Origin: Flavobacterium sp.
Lineage (GTDB): Bacteria; Bacteroidota; Bacteroidia; Flavobacteriales; Flavobacteriaceae
DNA: 64,000 bases
Direction of reading: 5' to 3'
Assembly (NCBI RefSeq): GCF_025352425.1
Contig: NZ_JANXTI010000103.1
Coordinates: 20,964 to 84,963, forward strand
Shown: piece by piece, positions 21,456 through 29,097 of the stretch
Layout of the letters: each line of letters starts with the position of its first letter
Position numbering within the stretch: the stretch's first letter is position 1
The notes under the pieces: generated by a model
Seen by the model: only the letters and a program-made list of their open reading frames with translations
What the model was told of the DNA's origin: nothing
Database searches by the model: none
Translations under genes and position numbers: made by a program

Positions 21456-22331
21456 CTAATACAAATCATCCGTTCTCAAATTCAAAAAGCGCTGTGTAGC
21501 GAAGAAAGTACTTATCCAGGTAATCACAACGCCCAATACCAAAACTCCTAAAAGCACTACCCCTATGGCCAATTTATCTTCTAAAATACCAAGATTTGGA
21601 AACGTGTTCTGGATATAAGCCAATACGATAATCAAAGCAATTATTGCCAATGCTGAACCAATCAACCCCAAAAAAACACTTCGCTGAATAAACGGTTTTC
21701 GGATGAATGACTTAGTGGCACCAACCATTTGCATGGTTTTGATAATAAATCGGTTGGCAAAAATTGATAAACGCAACGAACTATTAATCAACAATACTGA
21801 AACAAAGGCAAAAGCACAGCTGATAATCAAAATCCACATACTAATATTTTTGATATTATCATTGACCAAAGTTACTAACTGCTTGTCATAAACAATGTCG
21901 GCAATCATTTCGTTTTTACGCAGGCGGTTTTCTATTTTTGCAATTCCCTGATTGGTTACATATTCTGCTTTCAGGTGAATATCAAAAGAATTTTGCAACG
22001 GATTAACGCCCAAAAACTGCATAAAATCCTCGCCAATTACTTTCATGTGTTTCTTAGCTGCTGCTTCTTTTGAAACATATTCAAAGGATTTCGCAAATTT
22101 TGCCGTTTTCAATTCGCTTGTAAAAGCTGCAATAGTTGAATCGGCCGCTTCGGTTTTAAAGAAAACGGTCATGGCAATCTCTTCTTTGAAATTATCTGAT
22201 AATCGTTTTGAATTAATTACAAAAAGTCCCAAAATCCCTAATAAAAACAACACTAAAAAGATACTCAACACAACCGAAAAATAGGAGGTAATAACTCTGC
22301 GTTTCTGAAATTTTTCAAATGATGATAACAT
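21456..22331 (-). CDS. ftsX: cell division protein FtsX (permease-like)
   Basis: N-terminal TM, periplasmic domain, and three C-terminal TMs (FtsX fold). Start trimmed to MLSSFEKFQKRR. Confidence 0.85.
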   Translation of the reverse strand: MLSSFEKFQKRRVITSYFSVVLSIFLVLFLLGILGLFVINSKRLSDNFKEEIAMTVFFKTEAADSTIAAFTSELKTAKFAKSFEYVSKEAAAKKHMKVIGEDFMQFLGVNPLQNSFDIHLKAEYVTNQGIAKIENRLRKNEMIADIVYDKQLVTLVNDNIKNISMWILIISCAFAFVSVLLINSSLRLSIFANRFIIKTMQMVGATKSFIRKPFIQRSVFLGLIGSALAIIALIIVLAYIQNTFPNLGILEDKLAIGVVLLGVLVLGVVITWISTFFATQRFLNLRTDDLY

Positions 22332-22440
22332 AAATTGGATTTTGATGTGGTAAAAATAATAAAGAAAATTGTTTTTCTTCTTTATAACGTACAAACTTTT
22401 AACTTTATTATAATAAACGTAAATTTGCCGCTTAAATTTT

Positions 22441-22585
22441 GTAGCAGCGAATGGTTTGTTGTAGTTTCAGCAAACCATTTTCCCGCTGTCCGTTGCAATC
22501 TGTCATTGCGAGGAACGAAGCAAATCTAATCATGATTGTCTTCGCAATGACAGGATTTCCACTACCATCGGGGCTAAAAAAGTAA
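22441..22585. repeat. composite cluster of REP-like elements (families B, C, D) upstream of leuS
   Basis: 9-bp hairpin AATGGTTTG/CAAACCATT (22450..22479). Inverted repeat TGTCATTGCGAGG...CTTCGCAATGACA (22501..22552). GGATTTCCACTACCATC motif. Related copies at 37262.., 52203.., 56470... Confidence 0.7.
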
Positions 22586-22613
22586 ACGAATTGACTATTT
22601 ATAAACACCAGCA

Positions 22614-22637
22614 ACTTTGCGACTTTGCGACTTTGTG
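22614..22637. repeat. micro-tandem repeat ACTTTGCG x3
   Basis: Three consecutive 8-mers (the last is ACTTTGTG), 66 nt upstream of leuS. Confidence 0.8.
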
Positions 22638-22703
22638 TAACTCAAATGACTCGAGCTCGAAGAGCGACAGCATTCGACCGATAAAAAACAATATTAACGA
22701 CGA

Positions 22704-25589
22704 ATGAAATACTTCCACGAAAAAATCGAAGAAAAATGGCAACAGTATTGGGCTGAAAATCAAACTTTTGCTGCCTCTAATGATTCCGATAAACCAAAAT
22801 ATTATGTGCTCGACATGTTTCCATATCCATCAGGTGCCGGCTTACATGTTGGCCATCCATTAGGATATATAGCATCTGATATCGTCGCGCGTTTCAAACG
22901 TCATAAAGGTTTTAATGTGCTGCATCCGCAAGGCTACGACTCTTTTGGGCTTCCCGCAGAGCAATACGCAATTCAAACCGGGCAACATCCGGAAAAAACA
23001 ACTCGTGAAAATATTGCGCGTTACCGGGAGCAATTGGACAAAATTGGTCTTTCATTCGATTGGAGTCGTGAAGTGCGTACATCCAATCCCGATTACTACA
23101 AACATACACAGTGGATTTTCATCCAATTGTTCAATTCTTGGTATAATAAGGAAACCGATAAAGCAGAAGACATTTCAACTTTGATTTCAAATTTTGAAAT
23201 GGGAGGCAATACTAATGTTAATGCGGTTTGTGATGATAATGTTGCAATATTTTTTCCAAACGAATGGAATGCTTTTTCAGAAGAAGAAAAACAAAAAATA
23301 CTACTTCAATACCGATTAACCTACTTGGCCGAAACCGAAGTAAACTGGTGCCCAGCATTGGGAACTGTTTTGGCAAATGACGAGATCATAAACGGCGTTT
23401 CCGAGCGTGGCGGTCACACTGTTATTCGTAAAAAAATGACACAATGGTCGATGCGGATTTCAGCTTATGCCGAAAGATTATTGCAAGGATTGGAGACCAT
23501 CGATTGGAGTGAATCTATAAAAGAATCACAACGCAACTGGATTGGAAAATCTGTTGGCGCAACTGTGAAGTTCACTGTGCCGTCAAAGGATAACCATCCG
23601 CAAGCCACAATCGAAGTTTTCACAACCCGTCCTGATACCATTTTCGGAGTTACGTTTATGACCTTAGCTCCCGAGCACGAATTAGTTTCTCAAATCACAA
23701 CTGACGAACAAAATGCCGCAGTTGAAAGCTATGTAGAAGCTACGACCAAGCGCTCCGAACGCGAAAGAATGGCGGATGTAAAAACCATTTCCGGAGTTTT
23801 CACCGGAGCGTACGCCGAACATCCTTTTACTAAGGCACTAATCCCCATCTGGATTGGCGATTATGTTTTAGCAGGTTACGGAACCGGTGCTGTAATGGCT
23901 GTTCCTGCCGGGGATGAAAGGGATTATGCATTTGCAAACTTCTTCAACGGACAAAACGGAATGCCCGAAATCAAAAACATTTTCAATAAAGATATTTCTG
24001 AAGCTGCTTTTGGGAATAAGGAAGGATTCGAACTTTTAAATTCGGATTTCCTTAACGGGTTAGGCTACAAAGCAGCAACTAAAAAAATCATCGAAGAACT
24101 AGAGAATATCCATCACGGAAAAGGCAAAACCAATTACCGTTTGCGCGATGCTGTTTTCTCCCGACAAAGATATTGGGGCGAACCATTCCCGGTGTATTAT
24201 GTAAACGGAATGCCGCAAATGATTGACTCCAAATATTTACCAATCATCTTACCCGAAGTAGAAAAATACCTTCCAACCGAAGACGGACAACCACCATTAG
24301 GAAACGCGACGGATTGGGCTTGGGATTCTATCAACAACAAAATTGTCTCCAATGAACTTGTCACCCTGAGCGCAGCAGAAGGGCTATCTTCAAACGGAGT
24401 TTACCCATTAGAGTTAAACACAATGCCGGGATGGGCAGGAAGCTCCTGGTACTGGATGCGTTATATGGACGCGCACAACGATGCCGAATTTTCAAGCCAA
24501 GAAGCATTACAATACTGGGAAAGCGTAGATTTATACATTGGCGGAAGCGAGCATGCAACGGGACATTTACTATATTCCCGTTTCTGGAACAAGTTCCTAA
24601 AGGATATGGGTTACGCACCAACCGAAGAACCATTCAAAAAACTGATCAATCAGGGAATGATTTTGGGGATGAGTGCGTTTGTATATCGAAGTGAAGATTC
24701 AAAGAAATTATATTCTAAAGGATTAATTGGCACCGAAAAAGTTCACCCAATTCACGTAGATCTTGCGGTTATAAACGACATCACTAACGAATTAGACATC
24801 GAAGCTTTCAAAAATCATCCATTGTATACTGATTATAAAAATGCCGAATTCATATTAGAAAATGGCAAATACATCGTCGGCCGCGAAGTCGAAAAAATGT
24901 CCAAATCTAAATACAATGTTGTCAATCCTGACGACATCTGTAACAATTACGGTGCCGATACTTTGCGTTTATACGAAATGTTCCTTGGTCCGTTAGAGCA
25001 GGCAAAACCGTGGAATACTGCAGGAATCACAGGAGTTTCAGGCTTCCTGAAAAAACTATGGCGCCTGTATTTTGATGACAACACAGGTCTGAATGTGTCT
25101 GACGATGAACCAACAGCCGAAATGTACAAATCACTACACAAAACCATCAAAAAAGTTACCGAAGACATCGAGAATTTCTCCTTCAACACTTCAGTATCAC
25201 AATTCATGATTTGTGTAAACGAATTGGCAGCACTAAAATGCAACCACAGAAAAATATTGGAACCATTGTCAATCGTTATTTCTCCTTATGCACCACACAT
25301 TGCCGAAGAACTTTGGTCGCAATTAAGCCACGAATCCCGAAGCTTCGGGACGATTTCTACAGTTCCTTTTCCAATTGTAAATGAGAAATATTTAATGGAA
25401 AGCGAAAAAGAATATCCGGTTTCCTTCAACGGGAAAATGCGTTTTACCATCAAACTGCCATTGGATTTATCTCCAAAGCAAATAGAGGAAATCGTAATGG
25501 CAGATGAACGAACCATCAAACAATTAGACGGCAAAACACCGAATAAAGTGATTATCGTTCCCGGAAAAGTAATTAATCTGGTAGGATAA
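22704..25589 (+). CDS. leuS: leucine--tRNA ligase
   Basis: HIGH-type LHVGHP, KMSKS, and a CP1 editing domain. 961 aa. Confidence 0.97.
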   Translation: MKYFHEKIEEKWQQYWAENQTFAASNDSDKPKYYVLDMFPYPSGAGLHVGHPLGYIASDIVARFKRHKGFNVLHPQGYDSFGLPAEQYAIQTGQHPEKTTRENIARYREQLDKIGLSFDWSREVRTSNPDYYKHTQWIFIQLFNSWYNKETDKAEDISTLISNFEMGGNTNVNAVCDDNVAIFFPNEWNAFSEEEKQKILLQYRLTYLAETEVNWCPALGTVLANDEIINGVSERGGHTVIRKKMTQWSMRISAYAERLLQGLETIDWSESIKESQRNWIGKSVGATVKFTVPSKDNHPQATIEVFTTRPDTIFGVTFMTLAPEHELVSQITTDEQNAAVESYVEATTKRSERERMADVKTISGVFTGAYAEHPFTKALIPIWIGDYVLAGYGTGAVMAVPAGDERDYAFANFFNGQNGMPEIKNIFNKDISEAAFGNKEGFELLNSDFLNGLGYKAATKKIIEELENIHHGKGKTNYRLRDAVFSRQRYWGEPFPVYYVNGMPQMIDSKYLPIILPEVEKYLPTEDGQPPLGNATDWAWDSINNKIVSNELVTLSAAEGLSSNGVYPLELNTMPGWAGSSWYWMRYMDAHNDAEFSSQEALQYWESVDLYIGGSEHATGHLLYSRFWNKFLKDMGYAPTEEPFKKLINQGMILGMSAFVYRSEDSKKLYSKGLIGTEKVHPIHVDLAVINDITNELDIEAFKNHPLYTDYKNAEFILENGKYIVGREVEKMSKSKYNVVNPDDICNNYGADTLRLYEMFLGPLEQAKPWNTAGITGVSGFLKKLWRLYFDDNTGLNVSDDEPTAEMYKSLHKTIKKVTEDIENFSFNTSVSQFMICVNELAALKCNHRKILEPLSIVISPYAPHIAEELWSQLSHESRSFGTISTVPFPIVNEKYLMESEKEYPVSFNGKMRFTIKLPLDLSPKQIEEIVMADERTIKQLDGKTPNKVIIVPGKVINLVG
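24360..24385 (+). repeat. REP-like family A sequence embedded in frame in leuS (encodes VTLSAAEG)
   Basis: GTCACCCTGAGCGCAG is identical over 16 nt to the intergenic copy at 21426, followed by the shared GAAGGGCT. Confidence 0.7.
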
Positions 25590-25630
25590 ATAAAAAGCCA
25601 CACTCATTGTACTGGCTTGCGAAGTATTGA

Positions 25631-25661
25631 AGCCCAAATTCCAAAAGAGTTTGGGTTTTTT
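25631..25661 (+). terminator. probable leuS terminator
   Basis: Stem CCCAAA/TTTGGG followed by TTTTTT. Confidence 0.45.
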
Positions 25662-25712
25662 GTTGGCTATCCTAAATAACCCCAAGCATAGTCGAAATTT
25701 TATGCTCTCCAA

Positions 25713-26030
25713 TTAGGGTGGCAGACTAATCAGTTAGGGTGACAGAATAACGAACCGGGGTTTTTCTCCATTCAATAGGGGTGAATGAAGATTTAATAGG
25801 GGTTTCTTTCAATTAGTAGGGGTGATTGAGAATATAATAGGGGTGATTTAGGAGATAGGAGGGGTTTTTCCTTATTAGTTGGGGTTTTTGTCCATCTAAT
25901 AGGGGTGAAAAAGTATTTAACAGGGGTTTTTTGCGAATGATAAGGGGTTTTTTATTATTTGTTGGGGTTATTTGCGGTTAATTGGGGTTTTTATCCAATA
26001 TGTTGCGTTTTTTGTAATTGATAGGGCATT
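25713..26030 (+). repeat. phased array of 14 clear (+2 decayed) 20-21 bp units with core (T)AGGGGT(G/T)
   Basis: The core T falls at 25719, 25740, 25761, 25782, 25803, 25823, 25844, 25865, 25885, 25906, 25927, 25948, 25968 and 25988. Degenerate units lie near 26008 and 26027. The 13-nt inter-core segments are A/T-rich and not conserved. Confidence 0.9.
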
Positions 26031-26164
26031 ATAATGATAAGAAATAACCAATACAATCCAGAAAATACGAATTTCATCGAATGCTTTTAACAATCTATTT
26101 CCCGCAGGCCTCATTATTCGCGAGTTTATTCAAGATATTTAACCCTAAAAGAATAATTTTTTCG

Positions 26165-26172
26165 TAAGTTTG
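26165..26172 (+). promoter_or_regulatory. -7 box TAAGTTTG for ORF 26195
   Basis: TAnnTTTG match 22 nt upstream of the ATG. Confidence 0.4.
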
Positions 26173-26194
26173 AATATCTAAATACCACAAATAG

Positions 26195-26773
26195 ATGATT
26201 ATACTTTATACAAACGAAGAATTTCGGGAAATCGAAACTGATTTTCCATTAAAATTTAGGTACGCTGTTTCCAACAGAGGACGGCTCATAAGTTTTTCTG
26301 AGAACTTAAAAGATGCAAACGAATTAAAAGGATCTTATTCAGATGGCTATAAGACCTTTCGTTACGGAAAGTCGGTGAATGGAAAAAGAAGTTACAAGAC
26401 AGTATTTATATACAAACTGGTAGCACAACTTTTTATACCAAAAACTTCTGAAGAGCAACAATATGTATTGCATTTAGATTATGTTCGGGATAATGACTTG
26501 ATAAAAAATCTAAAATGGGCAACATACGAAGAGAAGCTTGCACACTATAAGAAAAGCCCTCATGTAATTAATTCAATGAGAAATCTAATTGAGCATAACA
26601 TAAAAGCAGATGGGAGAAAATTAACTACTACAAAAGTTATTTATCTAAAAAAGCTGCTGAATAAACCCAATCAAAATACGAGGATGAAGATGTTAGCGAA
26701 ACAATTTGGAATAAGTGAAATGCAGATTAGCCGAATTAAACGCGGCGAAAACTGGGGGCACATTAAAGTTTAA
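26195..26773 (+). CDS. NUMOD4 / HNH(_3)-like endonuclease-family protein with C-terminal HTH
   Basis: NUMOD4-like EEFREIETDFPLKFRYAVSNRGRLISF. HNH-like VLHLDYVRDNDLIKNLKWAT. C-terminal FGISEMQISRIKRGENWGHI. Confidence 0.6.
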   Translation: MIILYTNEEFREIETDFPLKFRYAVSNRGRLISFSENLKDANELKGSYSDGYKTFRYGKSVNGKRSYKTVFIYKLVAQLFIPKTSEEQQYVLHLDYVRDNDLIKNLKWATYEEKLAHYKKSPHVINSMRNLIEHNIKADGRKLTTTKVIYLKKLLNKPNQNTRMKMLAKQFGISEMQISRIKRGENWGHIKV

Positions 26774-27244
26774 TTACAATTGTATCTGTCTTTCAATTTG
26801 TTGCTCAAGTGAAATAAAGGTTTCAGTTCTCGAAACGCCATTAATAGGTTGGATTTTTTTGTTAAGGAGCTGCATCAAATGTTCGTTATCGCGGCAAATC
26901 ATTTTGATTAAGATGCTCCAGTTTCCTGTTGTATAGTGGCATTCCAAAACTTCCGGTATTTTCTTAAGTTCTTTCACCGCCTCCGAATTACTCGATGCTT
27001 TTTCGAGATAAATTCCAATAAATGCCATGGTTTTATAACCTAAAACTTTATTATCTACAATTAGTTTCGAACTGGCAATTACGCCTGCATCTTCAAGCTT
27101 TCGCAAACGTTGGTGAATAGCCGCGCCGGAAATACCAATCTTATTGGCAATCTGCAATATCGGCTTTCGGGCGTCTTCCATTAAATCGCGAAGGATTTCT
27201 TTATCGATGCCGTCAATTTCTATTTGTAGTTGATTTATTTTCAT
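26774..27244 (-). CDS. Lrp/AsnC family transcriptional regulator
   Basis: N-terminal HTH (IDKEILRDLMEDARKPILQIANKIGISGAAIHQRLRKLE) plus a RAM/ACT-like C-terminal domain. Start trimmed to MKINQLQ. Confidence 0.9.
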   Translation of the reverse strand: MKINQLQIEIDGIDKEILRDLMEDARKPILQIANKIGISGAAIHQRLRKLEDAGVIASSKLIVDNKVLGYKTMAFIGIYLEKASSNSEAVKELKKIPEVLECHYTTGNWSILIKMICRDNEHLMQLLNKKIQPINGVSRTETFISLEQQIERQIQL

Positions 27245-27262
27245 TAGATTACATTTGAAAAT

Positions 27263-27270
27263 CAAAAGTA
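27263..27270 (-). promoter_or_regulatory. -7 box TACTTTTG for the Lrp/AsnC gene
   Basis: TAnnTTTG match 18 nt upstream of ATG 27244. Confidence 0.4.
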
Positions 27271-27317
27271 GCATATTACTTCAAATGTTTAACTTAATAT
27301 CATTATAAAGTAAATAA

Positions 27318-27333
27318 TCGCAAATTCGCAAAT
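27318..27333. repeat. micro-tandem repeat TCGCAAAT x2
   Basis: Exact 8-mer duplication in the spacer between the saccharopine dehydrogenase and Lrp genes. Confidence 0.8.
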
Positions 27334-27383
27334 TATTGATTTGTTTAAATTTGGGAATTTGTGGTCAATTTTTTTACGGCCTG

Positions 27384-28757
27384 TTAATTACCTAGCAATT
27401 TATCAGGATTATAACCCACATAAGGCATCTCCGTTTCGTGGAAAACGATGCCATGTGATGCCAACTCTTTCAAGATAGGTTCGTAGACTTCTTTTCTGAT
27501 TGGTAATTGTACGCCGGGCGTTTTAATGTTGCCATTCAGAATCTGCAAGGTTGCTATCGCAACTGGTAAACCCACGGTTTTTGCCATTGCTGTATAAATT
27601 TGGTCATCGCCTATGCAAACCATTTTGCTATCTATTTGTTTGCGTTCGCCATCAAGTTCGTAACCAAATTTATGACACATCACAATCATGTCTTTGTCTT
27701 CAGTTTGTAATGTCCAACTGTCGTTTAAGATGCGTTCTAAAATTTGTGCCGGAGTAGCGTTTCTGAGTCCAACTATCTTCTTTTTGTTAAAGATATCGAG
27801 TTCCATCAATTTGTCCCACATGATGTCGTCTTGTTCAATACCAAGTGACATTCGCGTTTTTAATTCAACCGAATCGGATGCGTGAAACGGTAAAAAGGAA
27901 TTGATAAAATCACGGTAACTCATCGTCTCCGAATTTTCCATCACATAAGAATCGTCAGTCATGCCTAATTGCACAAACATATTCCACGCTTTAGAAAAAC
28001 CAACCCTACGGATTGTTCCCCGATACAGAGTCAGAATATCATCAAGGCCATAAATACTTCTGTATTTTAATGAATCCCGATTGGCATATCCTTCAAATTT
28101 ACCATAACCTTCCACATGGAAAAATTCTGTTCTGCGGAACAATTTGTGATACGGAATATATTTGTATTTTCCTTCCTGAATAAATTTGGCAGCACCACCC
28201 TGACCTGCTAACACCACGTTTCGAGGCGCCCACGTAAATTTGTAATTCCATAGATTATCATCTGATTCAGGAGCTACCAAACCGCCACAAAATGATTCAA
28301 ATAAAATCATTTTACCACCTTTGGCTTCAATTTCATGGATCACTTTCATGGCACTCATGTGGTCAACACCAGGATCGAGCCCAACTTCATTCATAAAAAT
28401 TAGGTTGTTGGCTTTTACTGCTTCATCCAGACTTTGCATTTCGTCCGAAACATACGAGGCAGTTACCATATTTTTCTTGAAAGTAACGCAATCTTTTGCC
28501 ACTTCAATATGCATGTGAGCGGGCAGCATTGAAATAACGATATCTGCTTTCTGAATTTCGGCCTGGCGTTGTTCGACACTATTAATGTCTAATGCAATTG
28601 GGTTGGCATTTGGATGATTATATGTTTTCCTTCTGGCTAATTCAATTGATAAATCTGCTATGGTTACATTTAAGTCTTCCTGGGTAGATTTTCTTAAAAG
28701 ATATTTTATTAGAGAAGACGCTGAACGCCCGGCACCAATGATTAAAATGTTTCTCAT
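27384..28757 (-). CDS. saccharopine dehydrogenase family oxidoreductase
   Basis: N-terminal Rossmann IIGAGRSA. Length and internal blocks (EVGLDPGVDHM) are typical of LYS9-type enzymes. Confidence 0.8.
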   Translation of the reverse strand: MRNILIIGAGRSASSLIKYLLRKSTQEDLNVTIADLSIELARRKTYNHPNANPIALDINSVEQRQAEIQKADIVISMLPAHMHIEVAKDCVTFKKNMVTASYVSDEMQSLDEAVKANNLIFMNEVGLDPGVDHMSAMKVIHEIEAKGGKMILFESFCGGLVAPESDDNLWNYKFTWAPRNVVLAGQGGAAKFIQEGKYKYIPYHKLFRRTEFFHVEGYGKFEGYANRDSLKYRSIYGLDDILTLYRGTIRRVGFSKAWNMFVQLGMTDDSYVMENSETMSYRDFINSFLPFHASDSVELKTRMSLGIEQDDIMWDKLMELDIFNKKKIVGLRNATPAQILERILNDSWTLQTEDKDMIVMCHKFGYELDGERKQIDSKMVCIGDDQIYTAMAKTVGLPVAIATLQILNGNIKTPGVQLPIRKEVYEPILKELASHGIVFHETEMPYVGYNPDKLLGN

Positions 28758-28768
28758 CTTGTTGTTTT

Positions 28769-29095
28769 TTATTCCAAATCCTTTTCTAAATCTTCGAGTT
28801 CTTTTTTTGCTTCTTTCTTGGTTTCAATTTTTTCTTTTTCGAATTTGATATCTTTCACCACTTCGTCTTTCACCAAAAGTGTTTTCCCTAATACAAATAA
28901 GGATGCAAGTACACATAAAAGTAATAAAATATTCGGTAGTTTTTTTTGATTTGTCGGCGATTTTTTAAGCAGTATCAAGCAAAAAATCATAGCCAATCCA
29001 ATTGGTAAAAAAGCAATAGTATCAAGCGGAAATACCGAAAAAATGATTGCTAGTATAGTCAAAACAATTCCTAAAACAACAAGTATCTTTCTCAT
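28769..29095 (-). CDS. small membrane protein with charged C-terminal tail
   Basis: Three hydrophobic helices, then KEKIETKKEAKKELEDLEKDLE. Confidence 0.5.
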   Translation of the reverse strand: MRKILVVLGIVLTILAIIFSVFPLDTIAFLPIGLAMIFCLILLKKSPTNQKKLPNILLLLCVLASLFVLGKTLLVKDEVVKDIKFEKEKIETKKEAKKELEDLEKDLE

Positions 29096-29097
29096 GA

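Noticed and set aside
25524-25712. 62-aa minus-strand ORF spanning the leuS 3' end and its terminator
   Set aside because: It overlaps the well-supported leuS C-terminus and the terminator hairpins, and it has no promoter box or recognisable motif.
25713-25741. The first two cores read TTAGGG, the vertebrate telomere repeat
   Set aside because: There are only two copies, 21 bp apart and not in tandem. The remaining units read TAGGGG/TTGGGG. I treat this as coincidence.
25713-26030. Possible CRISPR array
   Set aside because: The unit is only 20-21 bp, the conserved part is 7-8 nt, and the 'spacers' are about 13 nt of A/T-rich sequence. There are no cas genes or leader-like organisation in the window.
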